From assembly GCA_041660605.1 (NCBI GenBank), contig JBAZWB010000001.1, positions 73,295 through 137,294 of the forward strand: a stretch of 64,000 nucleotides of DNA. Reading direction: 5' to 3'. The position numbers and the translations under genes are program-made. The stretch comes from Patescibacteria group bacterium. Its GTDB lineage: Bacteria; Patescibacteriota; Patescibacteriia; UBA10025; JAHIVO01. This document shows positions 1 through 9,222 of this stretch, piece after piece (the first letter of the stretch is position 1; each line of letters starts with the position of its first letter). The notes under the pieces were generated by a model. The model worked only from the letters and a program-made list of their open reading frames with translations, did not search any database and had not been told where the DNA came from.

Positions 1-25
1 GTAAACAATAAGCAAAAATAACCAT

Positions 26-1177
26 ATGATATGTACAATGCATACGCACGAGATCGGCAGTCTGGCCAAACCGGAATGGCGCGTTAAAAGCGCCAGAGGC
101 CTGAAGCTTACGCCAAAAGATATATATGACGCAGAAGAGTGGGGCAGGAAGCTGGGCATTGATTCGCAGCCGCTTATTTCTTTGCTGAAAAAAGACAAAA
201 AAAGCAGCGAAGACCTGAAGGAAATCCGGTGCATTTCTTCTCTCTATGGTTTGCGCCTGATTGAGAAAGCCGGCATTGATATCGTCTATGACGGCGAACA
301 GCAGCGCTCGGAAATGTACCACGAGGCAGCCAGCCATACCGGAGGCATAAAATTTTACGGAAGCGTCCGGTCGTTTGACAACAAGTATTACAAAAAAGGC
401 GCCTGCCTCGGCCAGCCGAGTTTTATCGGCGCTTATCATTTGCAGGAATTCAAGCAAATTGCCGCTATGACCAACCGCCCGCTGAAAGTTCCCATTACCG
501 GCGCCTATACTTTCGGCGACTGGTCTTATGACGAGTTTTATACCAAGAGATCGTTTGCCATCGGCACTTCGCAGGGCCGGAGCGACCGCCGTTTAGCGCG
601 CAGGCAATTCATATTAGACGTAGCCAGGCGCGTTATCAAACCGAACATCGAGGCTTTAGTCAAAGCCGGAGCCACCTGGGTGCAGATTGATGAACCGGCT
701 GTCACTTCCCATCCGGAAGAGGTGCCATTATTTGTTGAGTCATTTAATGCTTCCACTGAAGGCATCAAATGCATGTTCAGCGTGCATATTTGCTTCAGCG
801 ATTACACCAAATTATTTCCGCATATTAAAAAACTAAAGAGCTGCAGCCAGTACGCTCTGGAATTCGCCAATCGTGACAGCCGCAAGCTAGGTACAAAGGA
901 TTCGGACCGACCGGGCTATCAGGTGCTCAAATTGTTCCGCCAGCACCGCATTCCCGGAGCGATTGGATTAGGGGTGACGGACATACATACTGATTTTCTT
1001 GAGTCACCAGAGCTGGTACGCGACCGCATCCTTTATGCGGTTAAAGTAATGGGCGACCCGCGCCTGGTATTTCCCACACCTGACTGCGGTTTGCGCACGC
1101 GTTCAATCCCCATAGCTTTTGAGAAGATGAAGAGGACAGTAGACGGCACCAGACTGGCTGAAGCCCGTTTAGCTTAA
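26..1177 (+). CDS. Cobalamin-independent methionine synthase, catalytic (C-terminal) domain only (core/split MetE type)
   Basis: GSLAKP N-terminus, DGEQQR, QIDEPA, Zn ligands HIC...E...PDCGL; 383 aa, no N-terminal MetE barrel; directly upstream of metK; start may be ATG 38. Confidence 0.85.
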   Translation: MICTMHTHEIGSLAKPEWRVKSARGLKLTPKDIYDAEEWGRKLGIDSQPLISLLKKDKKSSEDLKEIRCISSLYGLRLIEKAGIDIVYDGEQQRSEMYHEAASHTGGIKFYGSVRSFDNKYYKKGACLGQPSFIGAYHLQEFKQIAAMTNRPLKVPITGAYTFGDWSYDEFYTKRSFAIGTSQGRSDRRLARRQFILDVARRVIKPNIEALVKAGATWVQIDEPAVTSHPEEVPLFVESFNASTEGIKCMFSVHICFSDYTKLFPHIKKLKSCSQYALEFANRDSRKLGTKDSDRPGYQVLKLFRQHRIPGAIGLGVTDIHTDFLESPELVRDRILYAVKVMGDPRLVFPTPDCGLRTRSIPIAFEKMKRTVDGTRLAEARLA

Positions 1178-1186
1178 TAATAATAT

Positions 1187-1217
1187 TCCGCCAAAGGCGG
1201 ATCACCCGTAGGGTGAT
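1187..1217. repeat. Twin short hairpins (tccgcc-aaa-ggcgga / atcaccc-gta-gggtgat), small palindromic element
   Basis: Two adjacent perfect stems in the metE-metK spacer. Confidence 0.55.
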
Positions 1218-1237
1218 AATAAATAGGATAAAAAATT

Positions 1238-2392
1238 ATGTCAGAACGAAAAAGGTTATTTACCTCAGAATCAGTGACCGAGGGGCATCCGGATAAGATC
1301 TGCGACCAGATTTCCGATGCGGTCTATGACGAGATGTTAAAACAGGATAAAAACTGCCATTCGGCAGTAGAGTGTTTTGTCACCACCGGCTTGGTGATGA
1401 TCGGCGGGGAAGTAAAAACCACCGGCTACGTGGATATCCAGGAGATTGTCCGCCGGACGCTGAAAAAAATCGGTTATGATAAGCCCGAATACGGTTTTTG
1501 CTATTCGGATGTCGGCGTTATCAGCACTATTCATGAGCAGTCTCCGGACATTGCCCAGGGCGTGGACGGCACAGGCGAACGCAAAGAGGAAGGCGCCGGC
1601 GATCAGGGTTTGATGTTTGGCTATGCCTCCGACGAAACTCCGGAGTATATGCCCCTGACAATTTCCCTGGCTCATAAACTCACCAAGAGGCTGGCAGAAG
1701 TTCGGAAAAACGGACAGCTTCCTTATCTGCGGCCGGACGGAAAATCACAGGTAACAGTGGAATACGTGGATGATAAGCCGCACCGCATTGAGACAGTCGT
1801 GATTGCCGCGCACCATTCAGAGGATGTCACCGAGGAAAAGCTTCGTGCAGATATCAAGGAACAGGTGATCAAGCCCGTCTTAGGCGATTGGTATAATGAT
1901 AAGATAAAGTTTTACATCAATGCTACCGGTCGTTTTGTCATCGGCGGGCCTCCGGGCGACACCGGCCTGACTGGCAGAAAAATCATCGTTGATACTTATG
2001 GCGGCGTGGGTGCGCACGGCGGCGGGTGTTTTTCCGGCAAGGACGTAACAAAAGTTGACCGCAGCGCTTCGTATGCTGCCCGTTATATCGCCAAAAATAT
2101 CGTAGCTGCGGGTTTAGCGAAAAAATGCGAAGTGCAGTTAGCCTACGCCATCGGCGTGGCAGAACCGGTTTCAATCATGGTCAATACCTTTGGCACGGGA
2201 AAACTGGAAAACGGCGACATTGAAGAGCTGGTAAAAAAGAATTTTCCGGTCAAGCCGGCTGATATCATAGAACAGCTGAACCTGAAGCAGCCGATTTACG
2301 AGAAAACCGCGGCTTACGGGCACTTCGGACGTACGGACGTGGAATTTCCCTGGGAGAAATTGGATAAAGTAGAGGTGTTGAAGAAAAATTAG
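1238..2392 (+). CDS. metK: S-adenosylmethionine synthetase
   Basis: [42 protein letters not shown] motifs. Confidence 0.99.
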   Translation: MSERKRLFTSESVTEGHPDKICDQISDAVYDEMLKQDKNCHSAVECFVTTGLVMIGGEVKTTGYVDIQEIVRRTLKKIGYDKPEYGFCYSDVGVISTIHEQSPDIAQGVDGTGERKEEGAGDQGLMFGYASDETPEYMPLTISLAHKLTKRLAEVRKNGQLPYLRPDGKSQVTVEYVDDKPHRIETVVIAAHHSEDVTEEKLRADIKEQVIKPVLGDWYNDKIKFYINATGRFVIGGPPGDTGLTGRKIIVDTYGGVGAHGGGCFSGKDVTKVDRSASYAARYIAKNIVAAGLAKKCEVQLAYAIGVAEPVSIMVNTFGTGKLENGDIEELVKKNFPVKPADIIEQLNLKQPIYEKTAAYGHFGRTDVEFPWEKLDKVEVLKKN

Positions 2393-2414
2393 CGTTTTTA
2401 ACAACAATTGAGTG

Positions 2415-2439
2415 GAGACGGGATTAATAATCCCGTCTC
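2415..2439. terminator. Palindromic hairpin after metK (terminator or REP-like)
   Basis: gagacgggatta-a-taatcccgtctc. Confidence 0.55.
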
Positions 2440-2449
2440 TTCATGTAGG

Positions 2450-2503
2450 TTGACTTTTTTTATTTGCAGTGGTACGGTACGTTAATATTATTTGATCTTT
2501 ACA
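2450..2503 (+). promoter_or_regulatory. sigma70 promoter plus boxA-like element
   Basis: TTGACT(2450)-17bp-TACGGT(2473) with extended TG; TGATCTTTACA at 2493. Confidence 0.6.
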
Positions 2504-2526
2504 TTTAGAGAGTGAGGTTTGCATGA

Positions 2527-3420
2527 TTGGTTGGGTTTGTACCCGTCGCGCTCAAAGTCGCGGTGGGCAGTGGCCTCATGCCGTATTTAACCAAACGAGT
2601 TTCCCGCTTGCCCGCGCAGCCCCGATGTTTCGTCCTGACCTACGTGTTTTGTGCGGCGTTAGTCGTCGTCATGGCGATCATGGCGGGACAGGTGGCGCTG
2701 GACGGAACCATTCTGATAATCGGGATATTCAATGCTATCGGTACCTACTTCTGGTGGTGGAGTACCGACATCAGCATGAGTAAGACTGCGCTCTATGGCT
2801 TATGGGCAGACATGCTGGCGATGTTTTTGAGCTGGTTAGTGCTCAATGAAGGGCACTTCCTTAATGACGGCATACTGGTTGGGCTTAGCCTGAGCGTCTT
2901 GTCGGCGGTGTTATTCGCCTACACTGACTACCGTCAGTCCAGCGCGGATGAGCGCAGAGCAGGATCAAGTTTCCGGTTCTACCTGTATATCGGGATCTGT
3001 TTCACCATTTGCGGCGTAACGATGTTTTTAACGCGCTATTGGGTGGTCCAATCTATGCCGATAATGACGTTTGTAGTATCCTGGTATGTTGGCTGTATAC
3101 CCGGTGCTTTATCCGTCCTTGTCATGACCACGGTGTTTGGTAATGATCGGCAGGCATCGGTACGCCGGTACAGCATAGGCGAACTGCTATCAATATTGCT
3201 GGTGGCCATCTCGTTTATCGCTTATACTGCATTGGGTTTTTGGGCATATGAGACTTCACAGCTTATTGTCCTGCCGATTGTGATGGTCGGCGATGTCGTT
3301 GTGCCTTCGTTGATAGGCTTATTCTTTTTTTCTGAGCGGAAAAAGCTCAATCGGGTCCAATGGGCTATTTTTGCCCTTGGTTTCGTCGGCTGCTGCATCA
3401 TTGCGACTAGTCATTGGTAA
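2527..3420 (+). CDS. DMT/EamA-like multi-pass membrane protein
   Basis: About 10 hydrophobic segments in two halves, ending LVLNE and FFFSER as in EamA repeats; TTG start after GTGAGG. Confidence 0.65.
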   Translation: MVGFVPVALKVAVGSGLMPYLTKRVSRLPAQPRCFVLTYVFCAALVVVMAIMAGQVALDGTILIIGIFNAIGTYFWWWSTDISMSKTALYGLWADMLAMFLSWLVLNEGHFLNDGILVGLSLSVLSAVLFAYTDYRQSSADERRAGSSFRFYLYIGICFTICGVTMFLTRYWVVQSMPIMTFVVSWYVGCIPGALSVLVMTTVFGNDRQASVRRYSIGELLSILLVAISFIAYTALGFWAYETSQLIVLPIVMVGDVVVPSLIGLFFFSERKKLNRVQWAIFALGFVGCCIIATSHW

Positions 3421-3422
3421 TT

Positions 3423-3453
3423 GGCGGTTCTCGTTCACGTGAGCCGCTTTTTT
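3423..3453 (+). terminator. Rho-independent terminator
   Basis: gcggttc...gagccgc followed by T-run. Confidence 0.7.
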
Positions 3454-3540
3454 ATTTTTTTGGTATTTTTAAACCGTTCTCCGAATGAATATTCGTTGGC
3501 GTATGGCGTGTTTAATAATCCCGCTTAGATAAATTGGAAT

Positions 3541-3574
3541 AAAAAAATGGGCAACTCATGATTGAGTCGCCCAT
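3541..3574 (-). terminator. Rho-independent terminator (minus strand)
   Basis: Minus strand atgggcgactca-atca-tgagttgcccat followed by T-run. Confidence 0.75.
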
Positions 3575-3736
3575 CGCTCTAGTTATGAACCGTCAGCGCC
3601 AGCGCCGAGGTTCTTTTCAGAGCTACTGCGGCAGTCGCCGCTTCCGCCTTGATTTGCGAAGATAAGCTCCTTTCTCCCTGAACACAGGGAGGTTGTGAGA
3701 AAGAGAAAGGCACTATCAGGCAATCAGGCGATGGCG

Positions 3737-4354
3737 CTAATGGCCAAGTGTGCGTTTGTCTGTAATCTCCAAAGAGTGGCGGTGGTTTACCAAACTATCG
3801 AGTATCATGACCGTGGCTTCTGCCAGATTCTCAAAAGCTTCCTGGGGCACCCATTCACCTTTATCCAAATCCCAGAATCCAATCCTTTTAGGCAGAAAGT
3901 ATGCGAGGTGAATGATTTTACCGTCTCTTGTGGAGAAGCCGGTATCCAGCAAAAGCATACTTGCCGCCATGTGATCCTTCATATAGTGGATAACTGGGAA
4001 ACTTACGATGTGGGAAATTTTGTTTTCCCAAGCGCCTGCCACCATCAGCCTGGCAAGGGACATCCTGAGTTCTGGCACGTCCCGGATTCCAAAGCGATCC
4101 TGATGCGTTTTACCACAAATATGGAGTTTGCATGTATCGCAGAGGACCTCAACGCGGGACTTATCTCCGCAACCGGTGAAAAAAAAGTAGAGATCACCCT
4201 CGCATTGGTTAGGTTCGGTTAAATCCGTATGATCACTATCATTTGGGGCTTGCAACGGCCAATGGTTGCCAAGCGAGATGACAACTTCTCTCCTACTTAA
4301 GCCCCAGCTAGATGTAGGAGTAAAAGGGATGATGAGGGACTTTTTGAGGTCCAT
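3737..4354 (-). CDS. Hypothetical protein (205 aa, Cys-containing CTGC/CDTC-like segment)
   Basis: ATG preceded by AAAGGAG SD; consensus promoter upstream and terminator downstream favour this strand over the overlapping + ORF. Confidence 0.7.
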   Translation of the reverse strand: MDLKKSLIIPFTPTSSWGLSRREVVISLGNHWPLQAPNDSDHTDLTEPNQCEGDLYFFFTGCGDKSRVEVLCDTCKLHICGKTHQDRFGIRDVPELRMSLARLMVAGAWENKISHIVSFPVIHYMKDHMAASMLLLDTGFSTRDGKIIHLAYFLPKRIGFWDLDKGEWVPQEAFENLAEATVMILDSLVNHRHSLEITDKRTLGH

Positions 4355-4444
4355 GGTTTTCTCCTTTCACTCTGCACTCAGGATTTTACGACCTGCGCAG
4401 TCAGTGAATGATGGGTTTTTGGTTGCGCTCGCATTCATATTGAT

Positions 4445-4496
4445 TTTGAACGAGCAGTGGATGGTAGATTCTAGCATGCCCAAAGGAAATTGTCAA
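4445..4496 (-). promoter_or_regulatory. sigma70 promoter plus boxA-like element
   Basis: Minus strand TTGACA-17bp-(TGc)TAGAAT, then TGCTCGTTCAAA 11 nt later. Confidence 0.7.
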
Positions 4497-4576
4497 CCGC
4501 GCTAGTGGCCCATCCCTTTGACAGTATTTCTTGGATACGATACAGTAACGAAAACTGTAAAAGATGAGAGGGTATT

Positions 4577-4834
4577 GTGGCTCTTTATACATTGCAACGA
4601 ACCGTGAGTTGTATCGGCCGACGGCCAGAAGTGATTGAGGCGTGTCTGCAGAACGTAAAGGAGAATATCGAACTTCTTGGGGCGACTGAGGTTACTATTG
4701 AAGTAGAGCAATTGGAAAAGTCGAGAATCGAACGCCTGTCGTACGAATTTTCCGAGGATACTTTTGGCAGTTCGTTCCATATCGCCCAGCATCTTGCCGC
4801 GTCTGGATTTACTTTGACTGTCGCAAAGTCATGA
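4577..4834 (+). CDS. Small hypothetical protein (85 aa)
   Basis: TTGACA-17bp-TACAGT promoter near 4518-4546, GAGGG SD, GTG start, hairpin at 4846-4877. Confidence 0.6.
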   Translation: MALYTLQRTVSCIGRRPEVIEACLQNVKENIELLGATEVTIEVEQLEKSRIERLSYEFSEDTFGSSFHIAQHLAASGFTLTVAKS

Positions 4835-4937
4835 AGTCGTTATGCGAGTAGGCGGGGTTTTTACTCCCTCCTACTCTTATTTTTGTTTGTTTTTTACCGC
4901 CAAAACGGCTATAATTACGTTTAAAGGATATAAAGGT

Positions 4938-5330
4938 ATGGCAAAAAAATTAATAATATTCGTTTCTGTTTTTTTGCTGGCTATAGCCCTCAGCGCCTGC
5001 GCTAAGAAATCCGCGAATACCAACAGCTTCAACGCCGCGGAAATTGTTTCTGGCGCGGCCGATATTAAAATTAAACAGCAGGCAGATAAAGATCTGGCTG
5101 TTGCCAAGGCTAAAGAGCAGTGGCGCGTAAATTTTCAGCTAGGTGAGGATTTGTCAAATGGACCGTGCCTGGCTGATATTATAATTACCGATTGGTCAGC
5201 GGACATCGCCCATAACCCGCGCCAGGCGGTTGACGACGAACCGGCTAATCAATGCGCAGCCTATCGCTCCGGTAAAACTCACCATTTTGTGGAACTGGAT
5301 CCGGCGGGGAATTTGATAAAGGCACAATAA
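4938..5330 (+). CDS. Lipoprotein of unknown function
   Basis: Start reassigned to ATG 4938: MAKKLIIFVSVFLLAIALSA-C lipobox. Confidence 0.75.
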   Translation: MAKKLIIFVSVFLLAIALSACAKKSANTNSFNAAEIVSGAADIKIKQQADKDLAVAKAKEQWRVNFQLGEDLSNGPCLADIIITDWSADIAHNPRQAVDDEPANQCAAYRSGKTHHFVELDPAGNLIKAQ

Positions 5331-5376
5331 AAAATGCGAATAGAAAAATCCAATAGAGTTTTAGAAATATTTTTTA

Positions 5377-5506
5377 AAATCCGAAATTCGAAACAAATCC
5401 TAACGACAAAATATTAAAAATTTAAACGACTTTCGCAAGCACTGTTTTGAACATTTTATTTTTTGATTTAGATATTGTTTCGGATTTCGTGCTTCGTGTT
5501 TAGAAA
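5377..5506. repeat. AT-rich inverted-repeat element with ~7-nt periodicity (MITE-like, no ORF)
   Basis: cgaaattcgaaacaaatcctaa (5382-5403) pairs imperfectly with ttagatattgtttcggatttcg (5468-5489). Confidence 0.6.
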
Positions 5507-5519
5507 TTAATTTAATTTT

Positions 5520-5840
5520 ATGATTCACGTCTACGTTCACTATCCGAGTATCAAGGAAGCCAGAAAAATATCACGCTTGATTTTGCAGAAGCATCTGGCG
5601 GCCTGCGTCAATTTTATCAAGCAGGAGGATCTTTACTGGTGGCGCGGCAAAATGGTGCAGACCAGGGGTATAGTTACTTTGATCGCCACGCAGAAAAAAT
5701 ATTTCCGGACAATAAAAGCGCTGGTTAAAAGCCAGCATTCGTACGAAGTGCCGTGCATTCTCGAGATGCCGGTTGGCCGCGTTTTGAGATCCTACGAGCG
5801 CTGGCTGATTGACGAAACTAGGAACCCAAAATCTGCATGA
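5520..5840 (+). CDS. cutA: Divalent-cation tolerance protein CutA
   Basis: LAACVN, YWWRG, HSYEVPCI motifs. Confidence 0.9.
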   Translation: MIHVYVHYPSIKEARKISRLILQKHLAACVNFIKQEDLYWWRGKMVQTRGIVTLIATQKKYFRTIKALVKSQHSYEVPCILEMPVGRVLRSYERWLIDETRNPKSA

Positions 5841-7147
5841 AGTCAAAGATAAAAAAAATAATACCTAAATTCTTACTGCAGTTTTACCATCTTTTTTTGG
5901 CCAACGCGGGAGCTTTTTTTTATGGTTATCCCTCCCGGCGGATGGTTGTTATCGGCGTGACTGGCACCAAGGGCAAATCAACGGTAGTTAATCTCATTGC
6001 CAAAGTGCTTGAGGCAGCGGGAGAGAAGGTTGGTTTAGCCTCGACGATGAATTTTAAAATTGCCAATAAAATATGGGAGAATGACACAAAGCAGACAATG
6101 CCCGGCCGTTTCCGCCTGCAGCGGCTTTTATCCCAGATGGTGAAAAACGGCTGCCAGTACGCGATCATAGAAACTTCTTCCGAGGGCATTGCTCAATATC
6201 GCCATCTGGGGATTAATTATGATATTGCCGTTTTTACCAATCTTTCGCCGGAGCACATAGAAGCGCACGGCAGTTTTGAAAAGTATCGCGAGGCTAAAGG
6301 CAGGTTATTCAGCCGGCTGGTTTTTTCCGGAAGGAAGATAATTGACGGCAAAAAGATTAAAAAAGTGATAGTCGCCAATATTGACGATCAGCAGGCCGGT
6401 TATTTCCTGAATTTCAAGGCCGATGAAAAATGGGGCTATGGCATGGCCATCAAAGGCCACGATAATCCCAAGGCGGAGAATAAGGTTCTGGCCAGGGACG
6501 TGATCGTTTATCCGAACAACACCAGTTTTGAAGTTGACGCGCAACCTATTGAGCTGCGGTTGTTGGGTGAATTCAACGTCTATAACTCGCTGGCGGCCAT
6601 CACCGTGGGATACACGCAGGGCTTGCAGCTTTTGGCCATGAAAAATGCTTTGGAAGAAGTACGATTTATGCCTGGCCGGCTTGAGGAGATAGCGAACAAT
6701 CGCGGTTTCAGGATTTTCATTGATTACGCCCACGAACCAGCCTCACTGGAGGAAGTCTATAAAACCCTGCGGTCTTTCAAGCCCCGGAAGATTATCAGCG
6801 TCCTGGGCTCGCAGGGAGGCGGACGCGATAAAAGGAAGCGTCCGATCCTGGGCCGGCTGGCGGGGCAATATACTGACCTGGTTATAATCACCAATGAGGA
6901 TCCCTATGATGAAAATCCGCAAACCATAATTGACGAGGTGGCAGCCGGAGCAGAAGCCTCAGGCAATAAGCAAGTAGGGAAAATCTTGGATCGCCGAACC
7001 GCCATTGTTGAGGCGATTGGCCAAGCGCGGAAGGGCGACATCGTCATTATTACCGGTAAGGGAAGTGAAACGGTTATGGCCGTTAAAAACGACAAAAAAA
7101 TTCCCTGGGATGACCGGAAGACGGTGAAAGAAATACTTGAGAAATAG
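5837..7147 (+). CDS. murE: UDP-N-acetylmuramoyl-tripeptide synthetase (MurE-type Mur ligase)
   Basis: GVTGTKGKST P-loop, ETSSEG, TNLSPEH, DYAH, GGRD, EDPYDE, GKGSE. Confidence 0.9.
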   Translation: MKSKIKKIIPKFLLQFYHLFLANAGAFFYGYPSRRMVVIGVTGTKGKSTVVNLIAKVLEAAGEKVGLASTMNFKIANKIWENDTKQTMPGRFRLQRLLSQMVKNGCQYAIIETSSEGIAQYRHLGINYDIAVFTNLSPEHIEAHGSFEKYREAKGRLFSRLVFSGRKIIDGKKIKKVIVANIDDQQAGYFLNFKADEKWGYGMAIKGHDNPKAENKVLARDVIVYPNNTSFEVDAQPIELRLLGEFNVYNSLAAITVGYTQGLQLLAMKNALEEVRFMPGRLEEIANNRGFRIFIDYAHEPASLEEVYKTLRSFKPRKIISVLGSQGGGRDKRKRPILGRLAGQYTDLVIITNEDPYDENPQTIIDEVAAGAEASGNKQVGKILDRRTAIVEAIGQARKGDIVIITGKGSETVMAVKNDKKIPWDDRKTVKEILEK

Positions 7148-7222
7148 GAAATTATTTTTTATATTTTGGGGCTGTTTAAAAAAATTAAAACAGTCTTTTT
7201 AAGATCCAACAAGTTTTTAAGG

Positions 7223-7277
7223 TTGACATGGCAGGGTTGTCTTGTTAATATTACCAACTATTAATTGTCCTTTTACA
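7223..7277 (+). promoter_or_regulatory. sigma70 promoter plus boxA-like element
   Basis: TTGACA(7223)-17bp-(TGt)TAATAT(7246); TGTCCTTTTACA at 7266. Confidence 0.65.
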
Positions 7278-7316
7278 CAGAATTTTTAATATCAATATAC
7301 AGGAAGGAGTGGAAAG

Positions 7317-8162
7317 TTGAGCGCAGGAAAATACGATTCAGCAAGGATACTCGAGCTGATTCAAGAAATTGTTGAAGCAAACGGCAAGCAGGAATTCCTG
7401 ACCGAAGGCCAAGCAAGCCCGCTTCCGGGATTGATGCGATCACTCTGCGAATCACTTCGTATGTCGAAGCAGCAGCTGGGCGCGTTGATCAGCGTGTCTA
7501 CCGCCACTATTATGCGCTGGACGAGAGAGGGCCTTACCGGCGTTATTCAGCCTCAAACATTAGCCAGATTGAGAGACACGGTTGAGATTTTTTTGCAGTC
7601 AGCTGAAGCGTCTGATGAATGCGCCGTATTGGCAGGCAATACTATTGGCATATGGGGATCCAGTCGGTTGATTGAAGCGGCTGCGAGCGCCACAGAGATG
7701 TGGATGCTAGTCGGTGAAAACAGCGAATCTGCTTTTGATGCTGACAAATTTCGTTTCGCACTAAAGGAGGCCCTCTCCGCGAATAAGCAACTTATTCTTT
7801 ATCTGGTGCATTTTGCCGGGGCCATAAGCGCGAGAGAGGCGTTTGAACATTTTGCTGATTTTGCTGCCACGCCAGAGAGGGTGCGCGTAATTCCAGTTTC
7901 TCGGCCGGAGGAATTATACGCCCTGGGAATATCCAAGGTGTCGTCGCCGCTTATCGTGTTTGTCTACGGCCAAGGCTCGGCCACGCCGCAAAGGGTAGCG
8001 GTAATCTTCCAGGAGCAGAGTATAGTAACGGTTGACAAGGTAACTGGCGAGCCGTCTGGACAGGATTATTCCATATGTTTTGTGCAGCTTGGAGACGCGG
8101 CGACTCTCAAGTGTTTCGATGCCTTGGTTCTGGCGTTCAGAAAAATTCGTTCGTTAGTTTGA
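7317..8162 (+). CDS. XRE-type helix-turn-helix protein with uncharacterised C-terminal domain
   Basis: LRMSKQQLGALISVSTATIMRW HTH pattern; AGGAG SD 7 nt before TTG. Confidence 0.65.
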   Translation: MSAGKYDSARILELIQEIVEANGKQEFLTEGQASPLPGLMRSLCESLRMSKQQLGALISVSTATIMRWTREGLTGVIQPQTLARLRDTVEIFLQSAEASDECAVLAGNTIGIWGSSRLIEAAASATEMWMLVGENSESAFDADKFRFALKEALSANKQLILYLVHFAGAISAREAFEHFADFAATPERVRVIPVSRPEELYALGISKVSSPLIVFVYGQGSATPQRVAVIFQEQSIVTVDKVTGEPSGQDYSICFVQLGDAATLKCFDALVLAFRKIRSLV

Positions 8163-8170
8163 GCCATCAG

Positions 8171-8205
8171 GAGATTGCGAGTGGGCAAACGCAATCTCTT
8201 TTTTT
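8171..8205 (+). terminator. Rho-independent terminator
   Basis: gagattgcg...cgcaatctc followed by T-run. Confidence 0.75.
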
Positions 8206-8323
8206 ATCTAAAGCCTCTATTTAAAGAGGAGTTGCTTTTATTATTTAATTATTCTAAGATATGATAATAAATAAAAACAATAATCGCTATTAGATAAAGA
8301 AAAAGTTTAAACTGGAGGTAATA

Positions 8324-8740
8324 ATGAGCAAACCAAGGATCGCTTGGTACGGTGTATCTGGCCGAGACAATTTCTACTTGCTTTGCCTGCGCCGTCTTGA
8401 GAACGTTTTCGAGGTAAGATGCTTCGAATCTGTAGAAAAGTTCGATGATGAACCAGGGGAAGATAATCCGGTCATGCAAATCGCCAAATTCAATCCGCAC
8501 ATGGTGATCATCAATGACACCGGAAACGGGTTACAGCTTCTTGGCAAGCTGAGAGAACGCATCCACTTCCTAACTGTAGTTATTTCATTATTTTATGAGG
8601 ACAGTACCACGCGTGCTCAGCTCAGACAGGCAGGAATAGCCGATTGGCAGATTATTAATGAAAGAATCACTGCCGATTCCTTCGCCGAGGAGTTAAAAAG
8701 ATTCAAGCAACTTCACATCGACAAGATCGCGCTCGATTGA
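8324..8740 (+). CDS. Degenerate receiver (CheY-like) domain protein
   Basis: PHMVIIND...NGLQLLGKLRE...VVISL pattern; GGAGG SD; TTGCTT-17-TAAGAT promoter at 8232-8260. Confidence 0.55.
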   Translation: MSKPRIAWYGVSGRDNFYLLCLRRLENVFEVRCFESVEKFDDEPGEDNPVMQIAKFNPHMVIINDTGNGLQLLGKLRERIHFLTVVISLFYEDSTTRAQLRQAGIADWQIINERITADSFAEELKRFKQLHIDKIALD

Positions 8741-8764
8741 GCAAAAAGGGTAGCCAATATCCTG

Positions 8765-8803
8765 ATCCGCCAGTAGGCCAAGTGCCTGCCGGTGGATTTT
8801 TTT
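8765..8803 (+). terminator. Rho-independent terminator
   Basis: atccgccagtaggcac...gtgcctgccggtggat followed by T-run. Confidence 0.7.
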
Positions 8804-9017
8804 ATAAAACGAAGAATGATTTGGGCCTTAGTTAAATAAAAGTTAGGTCGTTAGACGTGTAATCTTTCGCCAATTCTTCCCATTTTTAAGAGCTTTTTTC
8901 ATTGTGGATAAGTTAATTCACTATTTTCAAAGTTTTTGAAAGTTTAAAATATTGTTTAAATATCCATACTAAGATTAGCGAAAAAATAATATCTTGACAG
9001 GAATTAGGGGTTTGGGC

Positions 9018-9046
9018 TTGACAGCTTTTGCCCCCTCTGGTACACT
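9018..9046 (+). promoter_or_regulatory. rpoBC promoter
   Basis: TTGACA-17bp-(TGg)TACACT, giving a ~170 nt leader. Confidence 0.65.
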
Positions 9047-9222
9047 CGGAAGTACACATTCCTTACAAAAGGAAGACGTCTAAACATTCAAATGACGTTG
9101 TTATACAAAGCAAGACATTAAAATTGTAACGGTTAATTAACTCTTTTCTGCCTATCTGAAAGGGAAGAGGCTATTTGCTTATATTCTTTTTTTAAAATTT
9201 ATTATTTTATAACTTTTAATTA

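Noticed and set aside
2523-2783. ATG ORF overlapping the EamA-like start, as a possible frameshift
   Set aside because: TTG at 2527 is acceptably spaced from the SD and gives a full-length protein, so no frameshift is needed.
3579-3736. Minus-strand open frame, hairpin and AAGGAG after the 205-aa gene; brief resemblance to a tmRNA tag
   Set aside because: No start codon is properly spaced from the SD, there are no tRNA-like ends, and the peptide does not end in an ssrA-like tag.
3695-4222. 175-aa plus-strand ORF
   Set aside because: It is the antisense shadow of 3737-4354, which has the promoter, SD and terminator.
8860-9000. oriC
   Set aside because: Only one perfect DnaA box, and no dnaA or dnaN nearby.
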